A DNA stretch of 64,000 nucleotides from Terriglobia bacterium (GTDB lineage: Bacteria > Acidobacteriota > Terriglobia > 20CM-2-55-15). Position 1 is the first letter of the stretch. Each line of letters starts with the position of its first letter. The position numbers and the translations under genes were made by a program. The DNA lies in contig CBDAOY010000007.1 in the NCBI GenBank assembly GCA_965198225.1, forward strand, positions 256,001-320,000, written 5' to 3'. The notes beneath the pieces were generated by a model. It searched no databases, was not told where the DNA came from, and saw nothing but the letters and a program-made list of their open reading frames with translations. Below are positions 50,952 to 60,255 of the stretch, piece by piece.

Positions 50952-50974
50952 GTAGGTGCGCTCTATGAGCGCAC
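50952..50974. repeat. Single REP
   Basis: GTAGGTGCGCTCTATGAGCGCAC. Confidence 0.75.
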
Positions 50975-51048
50975 CCTAGCGGGCAAAATGCTGCTGGCAA
51001 GTCCGTCAGCTACATCTACCAAGCGTTTGAAGCTGCTCGAGCTGATTC

Positions 51049-51357
51049 CTAAGGCTCAGAAGCTGCGCCCAAGATTGCGGCACCCGTTAGCAGCTCCGAC
51101 ACCGCAACTATAGTGCGAGAACGCGTGGTAATAATGAAGTTCCCGTTACCGTCGATGCTGCTCTCATCGATCGTCTCGGGGTCGCCGGCCGTGACGGTAA
51201 GGGCTGTTGCGGTGATAGCCGATCCTGAATCTTTCCTGGACTTGTCGGACTTCTTCGATGACCCGGCCGCGAGAAGTTCACTGGCAGTCGGAAACTGCAG
51301 GCTCGCCGCCATCACGATGGCCAGCAGCATGAAAATACACAACCGTCGAATCCACAT
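51049..51357 (-). CDS. Short secreted hypothetical protein, possibly truncated
   Basis: RBS AAGGAGG and a signal-peptide-like N-terminus. Confidence 0.45.
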   Translation of the reverse strand: MWIRRLCIFMLLAIVMAASLQFPTASELLAAGSSKKSDKSRKDSGSAITATALTVTAGDPETIDESSIDGNGNFIITTRSRTIVAVSELLTGAAILGAASEP

Positions 51358-52094
51358 GACTGTCCTCCTTCTGGATTTCCCTCCGATTTTTCCGGTGCGT
51401 ATCCCTGACTAACATGGGGCCCGGTAGGAGCAGAAGACAAAAGAGGACTTTTCTTTTCCCGTTCTTCACAATTTGGGGGACCTCCGAGCATTTGCAGACC
51501 TGCTTCCTCTGGGTTTGCTTTTTCACCGTTTGTTCCAGGGATCGTCAAATGGTCCGGCCCATGCGCGGTGTGCAGTTGTCATGTGCGCCGTTCGCGTGTC
51601 CCAGACAACGCTTCGGTCATTCGGATGCCGGGTTCCCCTATCAAACACAGCGTCTTTTATTGCTTATGCGGCGTCCGCTCATCGAAAACCGCTGTACACG
51701 AGGAATGGACGAGCAAAACGATAAAAAACAAAGGAGAGTGCACTCGTCTTTTCATCTCATCGATTTCTACTTTCAAAGAATCGGTTGCACGGCTGAGAAA
51801 AGCGGTGGGCAGCTTCAGAATTTGCGAAGTGACTTTCAAAGTTCGAGCATGACCTTCAAGATCCGCTTCACGACATTCCGGAATCGCCGCTATCGGGGAC
51901 CGTTTGGCCGATAAGTAAAACAAGCGGGGTTCTGCTGTGCAGGGGGTGGCAAGTCGCACGGCGGAACTGTCGCCGTTGGACTGTTATGTTGAGGTGCAGG
52001 AGGCAGAAGACTGGACTCAGACGAAGAATCGCGCCGCCAAGAAGAATCGCACGGGCCGAAGCACAAGAATCCCGCGAGGGCTTTTGAGCGGTCG

Positions 52095-52370
52095 TCAGAA
52101 CCAGTCCGGTTGAGTGGGATGCATGGAGGCGGCCGGGGCAATGGGTGGCGCACGCGACGGTAGACCGAGGCAGTCCAGGATTTTCTGTGTCGCCTCGGGA
52201 GGATGAATTGCTGCGAGGATTCGCATGCGGCTCAGGCATCGGGGGCATTCCAGGACATCCAAGGACCAGACGCGTTTCATCAGTTCCGCCCAGGAAAGTT
52301 CCGCCTCCCTCCCGTGCTCCCCCCATCGTGCCCGCGTCCATGACGAAGGAGAACTGGAATGGGCCTGAGC
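52095..52370. mobile_element. IS91-family transposase C-terminal remnants in opposite orientations
   Basis: Minus strand WAELMKRVWSLDVLECPRC..RMRILAAI...LGLPSRAPP; plus strand LPSRAPPIVPA. Confidence 0.65.
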
Positions 52371-52837
52371 TCACCGTTGGAATGATCCTGATCCGGAAGG
52401 ATCACTTCACCAAAGGAGATCTGCGCCCGAACCTCGGTTACCTTGTCTTCCTCCTCGGTCGTCACGTCTTCCTGCCCCGCGGCCAGCCTGCATTAAACCG
52501 CATAGCGGAATTCTTCGGCAGGTCCGCGGCTGCTTTGGGCTGTGAAGTTCACCCAGCGGGCGGCGCCACCACCTCGCGAACCGGTTAAATTCTCATCAAC
52601 TCATCCCTCATAGTGGGGCGTGATGACAAAAGGGCTTCTTGTTTTTCCTATGCTCAGCCTATGCTGGACGACGTGTTCGGACTCGCGCGAAAGCTGATCG
52701 ACCAGCACTGAGAATCCGAACGACTCATCACCGATGCGCGGACAGCTTACTCCCCGGGCTTCCAGTCGCCACTGAGAAATTGCTATAGTGCTCGGAACCA
52801 ACTCTGTGGACATCCCATACCTGTAGGAGCAGCATCG

Positions 52838-53440
52838 GTGGCCCAGTTCGAGCACGCTTGTTTCATCAGCTACAAACATCCTCCTCCAGCGCTGGCGTCG
52901 GTCAAACACAGTTGGCTGGAATTCATCGAGGCGTTCGAAAGACGGCTACAGTCGTTTCTGACGGTCAACTTGCCCGTCTACAGGGATGAACAGCTCGACG
53001 ACGAACCCGGTGCCCCCTACCCCACCGAGCTGTCTACGAGGATGTGCAAGAGCGTTTGTATGGTTGCCTTTCTGGTCCCGCAATACCTGGAGAGCAGCTG
53101 GTGCGTCGATGAATGGAAAGCGATGGAAAAGCTGGAGGTCCACAGACTTGGAAACGACAAGGGACTCATCCTTCCGATCGTGATGCATGGTCAGAAGGAG
53201 AGCTTCGAGCAGTTCGTCGGAGAACGCCATGTCGCCGACTTTTCACATATCGTCGCGCCAAAGCAGCAGCTGAAAACAGTCGGCAACAGCAAGCGCATCA
53301 AGAAGATGGCGGAACGGATTAGCCGGTTCAGTAGCAGTCTGGGGGGACCGAGTGTCGATTGCGGAACATTCACCATTACGGAAGGAACCGAGCGCGTGAT
53401 CCCTTCGCCTGACGCCGATCCCGATCCGCTGGCCCAGTAA
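52838..53440 (+). CDS. Stand-alone TIR-domain protein (FxsC-like)
   Basis: CFISYKH, VYRDE, VAFLVPQYLESSWCVDEW, ILPIV; RBS AGGAG. Confidence 0.8.
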   Translation: MAQFEHACFISYKHPPPALASVKHSWLEFIEAFERRLQSFLTVNLPVYRDEQLDDEPGAPYPTELSTRMCKSVCMVAFLVPQYLESSWCVDEWKAMEKLEVHRLGNDKGLILPIVMHGQKESFEQFVGERHVADFSHIVAPKQQLKTVGNSKRIKKMAERISRFSSSLGGPSVDCGTFTITEGTERVIPSPDADPDPLAQ

Positions 53441-55083
53441 TGCCCAACAAGTTCGGAAAGATCATCACATTCTACTCCTATAAGGGTGGCACGGGCCGCT
53501 CGATGGTGTTGGCAAACGTCGCCTATCTGTTGGCCAAATCCGAACATGTCTCCAAGGGCGTCCTCGTTATCGACTGGGACCTGGAAGCACCGGGGCTTCA
53601 AAGTTTCTTCTACAACCGCTTTCAAAAACAGTTCGGATCGAGCACACGCCCAAGTTACGCCGCGGAGCTGAACGGTGCTCAAGGCCTGATCGACTTCCTG
53701 ACCGACGTCAAGACCCACTACCGCAAAAGCCATCCCCTATCTGACGATGGGAAACTGGAGGCTCTTCCAGAAAGCACGGCCGATCAGGCGCTGACCTCGC
53801 GAATCTTCGAAGAAGCACTGGAAAAACACCCTTTGAAGAAATACCGGTTGGATCTGGACGAACTGCCGATGTTGTCGGTGATGAAGGCGGGCAGCCAGCA
53901 GACGGATCGCGGTGACGAAGACACCTATTGGACCAAGGTGAAGGGTTTCGACTGGAGCGAATTCTACCGTCAGTACGGGAGCTTCTTTACCCACTTCCGC
54001 GAGCACTTGATGAAGACCTTCGACTTCGTTTTGATCGATTCTCGTACCGGGCTGACCGACATCGGCGGCATCTGCACGCGGGTGATGCCTGAGACGCTCG
54101 TCGCGGTCTTTGCGCCGAATCATCAGAACATCGCGGGCGTCGAACGCGTTGTCCGAAAGTCGGTCGGCTACCGCCGGCGTTCGCGGGATCCGCGTCCGCT
54201 GAGCGCTTTTCCCTTGGCCTCCCGAATCGATGCGTCGGCCTCGCGACTTCGAAAGATCTGGTGGCGTGGTGGGGAATTGGGTGGCGAGCAGATCACCGGA
54301 TACCAGGCGACGTTCGAAAAGCTGTTTAAAGAGCTCTACGAGTTGGAGGAATGCGACCTTGGACCGTACTTCGACGCGACCCAGGTTCCACACGACAGCG
54401 ATTTCGCATATGGCGAATCGGTGGCCGCCATGGAGCAGGGCACCGAGGACCGTTTCTCGATTGGCCACGCCTGCGAGGAGCTGATGGAACGCCTGGTCCA
54501 GACTCCTTTTCCGTGGGAGCCACTGGGAACCTCCGAAGCCCGCGGGGGAGTGTACGTTAGCTATCGCCGCAAGGATTCCGCACATCAGGCTCGGCTCTTG
54601 CATGACGCGCTGGTTGAGCGAGTCGGTGCGGGATGGGTCTACATGGACGTGGACCACATGGCTATCGGAACGAGTTTCAGGGAGACAATGGCCGCGATGC
54701 TGGATCGAGCCGCGCTCATGCTGGTGGTGATCGGTCCGGAGTGGCTCAGCACAGGCTCATCAGAAACGCCAACGATCGCCGACCCAGGCGATTTCGTCCA
54801 CCACGAGATCGCGGAGGCTCTCAGACGCGACATGCGGATCGTTCCCTTGCTGGTCGACAACGCCAAGATGCCCCGCCCCGAAGTGCTGCCCCCGGACCTG
54901 TTCGGCCTGATGCAATTCAACGCTTTCGAGATCACCAACGATCAGTGGGACGCCGACTTGGCCGGGCTTTTCCAAGCCCTCGACGACATCTTGCCAAGCG
55001 CACAGATTCTGACGCGATGGGAGCTTTTTGTCCGGATACTGAAACGATTCTGGAAGTCTCTCCGCGAGGCTCTGTCAGGTTAA
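53440..55083 (+). CDS. ParA/MinD-like NTPase (KGGxGR variant) with a C-terminal TIR
   Basis: TFYSYKGGTGRS, VLVIDWDLEAPGL, FVLIDSRTG; C-terminal VYVSYRRKDS...YMDVD...VVIGPEW...FVHHEIAEAL. Confidence 0.88.
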   Translation: MPNKFGKIITFYSYKGGTGRSMVLANVAYLLAKSEHVSKGVLVIDWDLEAPGLQSFFYNRFQKQFGSSTRPSYAAELNGAQGLIDFLTDVKTHYRKSHPLSDDGKLEALPESTADQALTSRIFEEALEKHPLKKYRLDLDELPMLSVMKAGSQQTDRGDEDTYWTKVKGFDWSEFYRQYGSFFTHFREHLMKTFDFVLIDSRTGLTDIGGICTRVMPETLVAVFAPNHQNIAGVERVVRKSVGYRRRSRDPRPLSAFPLASRIDASASRLRKIWWRGGELGGEQITGYQATFEKLFKELYELEECDLGPYFDATQVPHDSDFAYGESVAAMEQGTEDRFSIGHACEELMERLVQTPFPWEPLGTSEARGGVYVSYRRKDSAHQARLLHDALVERVGAGWVYMDVDHMAIGTSFRETMAAMLDRAALMLVVIGPEWLSTGSSETPTIADPGDFVHHEIAEALRRDMRIVPLLVDNAKMPRPEVLPPDLFGLMQFNAFEITNDQWDADLAGLFQALDDILPSAQILTRWELFVRILKRFWKSLREALSG

Positions 55084-55153
55084 CTGGCCGCATGGCACAA
55101 TTCATTTGCGGACCGAAATGCGTCCTCGATCTCCGGGCCTGCGTATCGTCGTC

Positions 55154-58000
55154 ATGAGCAAAGTATTTCTCTCATACTCCCGAGAAGACAAGGACTTCGC
55201 ACGCCGGTTGGCGGGCGAGCTGACCGAACAGGGTCAGGACGTATGGATCGATCTCGACGATATTCCTCCAAGCGCAGAATGGAAGTCAGAGATACGCTCG
55301 GCGATAGAGGCTGCAGACAACTGTGGTTTTGTACTTAGTCCCGGATTTGTCGCATCCGAAATCTGTGCTGAGGAGCTTGCGCACGCCATCGAGCATAACA
55401 AGCGCATCGTTCCTTTGCTGTATCGAGACGTGGAGCCGAGCAGTTTGGACAAAGCGCTCGCGTCACTGAACTGGATTGTCTGCCGGAACGAAGAAGGCCT
55501 ATCCGGCGTGGTTACCCAGGTGATGGCGGCGCTGACGACAGACCTTGAATGGGTGCGAGCACATACTCGTCTGCTCGTGCGGGCGCTTGAGTGGGAAAGA
55601 GCCGATCACAACCGCAGCTATCTTCTCCGGGGTGACGATCTCAGCACGGCGGAACAGTCGGTACAAAATGCCAGCGCCAAGGAGCCACAACCAAGCGAGT
55701 CGCAGTCGAGGTATCTGAACGCCAGCCGAAGAGCTGTTACCCGACGTTTGCGCAACACAATTGCTTCGCTCGCCGTTGCGCTGGTAGTCACTGCAGCGTT
55801 GGGCGTGACGGCGTGGATTCAGCGAGAGGCGAAGGAAGAACAGCGCCTAGTTGCTGTAGCTCGACAGGCCGCCGCGCGCGCTGAACTGCTGCTCGACCAG
55901 GAACCTCGACTGCTCCAATACTCGCTGTTTTTGGCGGCGGTTTCCCTGCGGGATTCCCCGACCCTTGAAGGCGAGCGCGCATTACGTAGATCCGTAGACT
56001 TGCAGCCGAAAGCAGTGATGAAGCTCCCTCTCGAGGGCGACGCGGCAGTTGTGGTCTTTGAGTCCGACAATCGATTCTTGGTGATTGGTGGTGAACTTGG
56101 CATTCGAGTATTCGACGTATCCCTTGACACCGAGGTGCTGTCGCTCTGGGATCAATACCCAGTTCACTTGGTGGCAGTGAGCCCGGATGGACGATGGGTA
56201 GGAGCGGCGAGCGGTAGCGAAGCTCGGATCTTCGCATTCGACACGGGCAGGGTTGTGGCGAGGCTGCCGCATCGGAACACTGTGCGTGCCTTGGTCTTCA
56301 GCCCCGACAGCGCTTCGCTAGCAACAGCGGCCGAAGGCAATGAGGCTCGAGTTTGGGTGTCTGAAACTGGGACTTTCTCCTACCAGTTAGACGGGGCGGT
56401 ATCGGCGACCCTTGCTTTCAGCCCCGACGGAAGATGGATCGCGGGAGGCTCGATTGCCGGCGTTGAGGTCTGGAAGGCAGCGACTGGCGAACTAGTGACC
56501 GAGATCCAAACAGCGGGTGGAGTGGGATCTCTAGCGTTTGGTCCGGAGGGAGTACAGCTTGCGATAGGAAGTGCGACTTCGTCCTCAGGGTCCAATTATT
56601 ACGCAGCCATAATGAATGTGGAAACGGGCGATGTCTCAACACGTGTGCGACACAAGAATCCGGTTCGCACCGTGGCCTTCAGTCCCGATGGCGACTACGT
56701 CGCAAGCGGGAGTGATGGTTTCAACCTCCGTGTCTGGGACCCGAGAACAGGCGCCGTTGTCGCCGAAATGCGACACGGAGACGAGATAAGAAAGGTGGCC
56801 TTCAACTCCAGTGGGAGCCGGGTTGTCACTCTGAGTCTGGATGGAACGGCGCGAGTATGGCAGGCAGCGACGGGCGACGAGGTGGCTCGGGTGGGGCACG
56901 AAAGAGGCGTGGCGGATGTGGACCTTAGTCCGGATGGTCGGTGGCTGGCCACCGCAAGTGGGAACGAGGTCGTTGTGTGGGAAGCGGCGGCAAGGGGGGA
57001 GTCAACACGCATGGAAACTGGGGACGTGCGCGTGGCTGCGCTCGCCTTCGGCGATGACAGCCGGACGCTGATCGCGATAACGGCCGGCGGTTCTGCCCCG
57101 CTCGCTAGAACCTACAAGATCGATACCGCCGAGGAGGTAGGGCAGACTGCACTCAGCAACTACGCCCAGTGGTTCGCAATTAGCTCAAACTCAAGGTGGG
57201 TCGCGTCAACTGCGGGTAGCAGCGTTGATGTCTTTGACGTTGTCGAGGGGGAATGGGCAGCACAGTTCTATCACCAGGGCATGGCGTTGTATCTGACGTT
57301 CAGTGCTGATGGTCGATGGCTGGCAATCGGCGGGACGAACGACGGGGTTGTCAGGATTTGGGACGTGTCCGACGGATTTGATCGCGGGCGAACGCCAGTG
57401 GTACGCATGCCGCATCAGAACTGGGTGAACGCAGTGGCATTCAGCCATGACGGTAGATTGGTGGCAACGGGGGACTATCTCAAGGCCCGAGTTTGGGGAG
57501 TTGAGACGGGCGATCAAGTTGCCGAGTTCAGTCATCCATCCGCCGTGGACGCGTTGGCTCTGAGCCGCGACAACCGGTTGTTAGCATCAGCCAGCAGCGG
57601 AACCGTTTATCTTTGGGATGTCGCGGCAGAAGAAGAAGTTGCGCGAATAGTACACGGAGGGCCCGTCCGGGCCTTGGCATTCAGCGAAGAGGGTCACCTT
57701 GCGACCGCGGGCGGACCAGTTGCGCGAATCTGGGACATTGGAAGCGGGCTAGAGTTAAACCGCGTGGTGCACGAGGGCCGGATCGATAGTTTGGCCTTTA
57801 GTCGCGATGGCCGATGGCTCGCGACGGGGTCTCTCGACGGGACGGCCCGGGTGTGGGCTCGCACGCTGGAAAGAAACGATCTTATCCTGGAAGCGTGTAA
57901 TCGAATTGTCCACGAGCTCAACGCGGATACACTGCGAAGATACTTTGGCGAGATGCCGGTTTCGACGCCATGCCAGGAGTTCCGAGGCGACGACGGGTGA
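55154..58000 (+). CDS. TIR - helical - TM - WD40 repeat protein
   Basis: VFLSYSRED...VLSPGFVASEICAEEL; TM IASLAVALVVTAALGVTAWI; many FSPDG..LA...RVW repeats. Confidence 0.9.
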   Translation: MSKVFLSYSREDKDFARRLAGELTEQGQDVWIDLDDIPPSAEWKSEIRSAIEAADNCGFVLSPGFVASEICAEELAHAIEHNKRIVPLLYRDVEPSSLDKALASLNWIVCRNEEGLSGVVTQVMAALTTDLEWVRAHTRLLVRALEWERADHNRSYLLRGDDLSTAEQSVQNASAKEPQPSESQSRYLNASRRAVTRRLRNTIASLAVALVVTAALGVTAWIQREAKEEQRLVAVARQAAARAELLLDQEPRLLQYSLFLAAVSLRDSPTLEGERALRRSVDLQPKAVMKLPLEGDAAVVVFESDNRFLVIGGELGIRVFDVSLDTEVLSLWDQYPVHLVAVSPDGRWVGAASGSEARIFAFDTGRVVARLPHRNTVRALVFSPDSASLATAAEGNEARVWVSETGTFSYQLDGAVSATLAFSPDGRWIAGGSIAGVEVWKAATGELVTEIQTAGGVGSLAFGPEGVQLAIGSATSSSGSNYYAAIMNVETGDVSTRVRHKNPVRTVAFSPDGDYVASGSDGFNLRVWDPRTGAVVAEMRHGDEIRKVAFNSSGSRVVTLSLDGTARVWQAATGDEVARVGHERGVADVDLSPDGRWLATASGNEVVVWEAAARGESTRMETGDVRVAALAFGDDSRTLIAITAGGSAPLARTYKIDTAEEVGQTALSNYAQWFAISSNSRWVASTAGSSVDVFDVVEGEWAAQFYHQGMALYLTFSADGRWLAIGGTNDGVVRIWDVSDGFDRGRTPVVRMPHQNWVNAVAFSHDGRLVATGDYLKARVWGVETGDQVAEFSHPSAVDALALSRDNRLLASASSGTVYLWDVAAEEEVARIVHGGPVRALAFSEEGHLATAGGPVARIWDIGSGLELNRVVHEGRIDSLAFSRDGRWLATGSLDGTARVWARTLERNDLILEACNRIVHELNADTLRRYFGEMPVSTPCQEFRGDDG

Positions 58001-58014
58001 CGTGGAGTCAGGGT

Positions 58015-58111
58015 GCCCGAGGAGCTTGAGCGAGAGAACGCCCGCCTGAACCTGGAGAGGTTGGCGACGGAGGCGATGCTGGACAACCCATCTTGAAAGA
58101 GGGTGTTGTCG
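58015..58111 (+). mobile_element. Degenerate IS3 OrfA remnant
   Basis: ELERENARL...EAMLDN, resembling the C-terminus of 8503-8769. Confidence 0.45.
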
Positions 58112-58209
58112 CAGTATGAAAGGACGCCCCTTATCTGGGGTTTGTTGAGAGAAAACTCTCAACAAACCTGATCAACGTTGGCGCGTTGATCCCAGAAAGG
58201 AGCGTTGTA

Positions 58210-59271
58210 ATGAAACGAGACAAGTATGTGGGGATGGATGTCCACCAGTCAATGACAGTGGTGGCGGTGATGAATGCCGAAGGGAAGATCGTGCTGGAGA
58301 CCATGGTGCCCACGGCAGCGTCGCCGATCCGTGAGTTGATCGAGAGTCTGAGCGGGCGGTTGCATGTGACGCTGGAGGAGGGCACGCAGGCCCAGTGGTT
58401 ACACGAGGTGATTGGCGACCTGGCAAAGGAAATCGTGGTGTGTGATCCCAAACGGAACAAACTCCTAACGGAAGGCTCGAAGGGAGACAAGCCCGATGCG
58501 CGGAAACTGGCGGAGCTTCTACGGGTCGGAATGCTGCGATCGGTATGGCACGGGCACGAGCAGACACGTGGTTTGAAACAGATGGTTCGGGCCTATGAGA
58601 CCTTCACCATCGACACGAAGCGGACAATGCTTCGGATTAAGGCCATCTACCGGGGTCGTGGCATTCGGACGGGGGGATCGGGAGTCTACCAGGCGACACA
58701 GCGCGAGCAGTGGCTGGGACAGATCCCTGAGACGGGAATGCGGCAACGCGCGGCCTGGCTGTATGAACAGTTGGATCAGGTTCGGAAACTACGCAAGCAG
58801 GCCAAGGCTGGCATGCTGGAGGAGAGCCGCCATCACCAGGCCGTCGCTCTGCTGCGAAGCATTCCCCAACTGGGTCCGATCCGAGCGGCTCAGATTGTGG
58901 CCACGGCCGATACGCCACACCGGTTCCGAACCAAGCGGCAGTTCTGGAGCTATAGCGGCCTGGCGGTAGTCACCCACAGCAGCGCGGAATATGAGTTTCA
59001 GGCGGGTCGGGTCGTGCGGCGATCCAAACCAGTGGCCACACGGGGATTGAACCGGAACTGCAACCGGCGCCTGAAATCGGTCTTCGTTTCGGCAGCCACT
59101 GCGGGAGGTAGGAGCGATCCCTGGCGGGAGTATCTGGAGAGTCTCAAAGAGAAAGGTATGCGGCCAGAGATGGCTCGGCTCACTCTGGCGCGGAAGATTG
59201 CAACCGTCGCTCTGACGATTTGGAAGAAAGGAGAAACATTCGATCCTAAGAAACTGAACGCGACACCATAG
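58210..59271 (+). CDS. IS110-family DEDD recombinase
   Basis: YVGMDVH (D), LEEG (E), KGDKPDA (DD), IPQLGPI, SYSGL..HSS catalytic-Ser region, ARKI. Confidence 0.92.
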   Translation: MKRDKYVGMDVHQSMTVVAVMNAEGKIVLETMVPTAASPIRELIESLSGRLHVTLEEGTQAQWLHEVIGDLAKEIVVCDPKRNKLLTEGSKGDKPDARKLAELLRVGMLRSVWHGHEQTRGLKQMVRAYETFTIDTKRTMLRIKAIYRGRGIRTGGSGVYQATQREQWLGQIPETGMRQRAAWLYEQLDQVRKLRKQAKAGMLEESRHHQAVALLRSIPQLGPIRAAQIVATADTPHRFRTKRQFWSYSGLAVVTHSSAEYEFQAGRVVRRSKPVATRGLNRNCNRRLKSVFVSAATAGGRSDPWREYLESLKEKGMRPEMARLTLARKIATVALTIWKKGETFDPKKLNATP

Positions 59272-59631
59272 CCGTTTTCGAGTCCACTGCCGGCGGAACA
59301 GGTACGGCCGACAGAACAGGAAACGGCGCGGATCGAGGGTGAGGATCTGGCTAACTTGTCGTCCACGGACTCCGTCCAAAGGACACGTACTGTCTCTATC
59401 CCCCCTCGCAGGACCGGAAACAGCGATAGCCTTCGAGGCTCAGATAGATCTATGGTCGGCACTGGTCGTCCCAAACCTGCTGTTCAGTTTCCGAACTCCG
59501 TCACGGTGTTGCACTGCCCGTTCTTGAATTGCTGGAACGTTCTTGCGTAACGGAAAATGGGGCTGGCTGCCTCGACAATCACCCCGGTGTCGGGGCTGCA
59601 ACCCGTCGGGGAGTTGTTTCTCTTGACATCC
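59272..59631 (+). ncRNA. Candidate bridge/seek RNA region of the IS110 element
   Basis: Inferred from position: about 360 nt non-coding between the stop codon and the right IR; structure not verified. Confidence 0.4.
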
Positions 59632-59689
59632 CCTTTCATAGATCAAGTTAACTTCGCTGCCGCGCTGTCGGTCATCCGCCGTCCGCCGC

Positions 59690-60000
59690 AAGCTACCATC
59701 TATGAGGAAATCCCTGACTGGCAACCCTGGGTCATCTTCTTTCTCAAGGCGCTGAAAGAGCAAAGAACACGGCTGGACGCAAAGATCAGGCGGGAACGGA
59801 TAATATCGGGGACATTGCCGCCCCTATCCGTTCAAATCCTGGGGATTACCCGCGAACACGGCCAGGTTGCTGATGCCCAGCCAAAGTCACCTGCGCGAGC
59901 GGCAACACGATAAAGGACCATATCAAGGCACTAGCGGCAAACGGCCATCTGCACTGGCACGGCGGGGGTTGGAGTGCATGGTACTCCCTGGCTGGGACCG
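59690..60000 (+). pseudogene. Fic-family protein C-terminal remnant
   Basis: PDWQPWVIFFLKAL..Q..RL...LS.QIL...HG, then frameshifted TIKDHIKAL...HL..HG.G. Confidence 0.55.
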
Positions 60001-60255
60001 GCTGACACTGCGGCGCGCCGAGCAGGGCCAACGGCCCGGTCCATGCGGACACTCCCAGCTGGCGGAGCTTCTGGAATCTAAGCCTTGCGTTTCGAAACCT
60101 GTTGGGGAGGATTCGGCTTCAGCCGAAGCAAGGCGCATCAGCCGTACGTACAACGTGGCGAGCTCCAATCTCCAGGTCCTCACTCTTCTGGAAGGGGACC
60201 TGGGAGACGGCTCGGAGGATGGGTGTTGCGGTTCGAAGAATGTGCGGTCATAGAC

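Larger units (their letters stand above)
58115..59640 (+). mobile_element. IS110-family (IS1111-like) element
   Basis: Subterminal IR TATGAAAGG at 58115-58123 and 59632-59640; short left end, long non-coding right end, outward TTGACA at 59623. Confidence 0.75.

Noticed and set aside
51414-51959. Short ORFs or ncRNA in the intergenic stretch
   Set aside because: No coding signal or recognisable RNA family by eye
52838-58000. Canonical Thoeris, CBASS or Avs assignment
   Set aside because: No SIR2/Macro ThsA, cyclase or STAND NTPase is present
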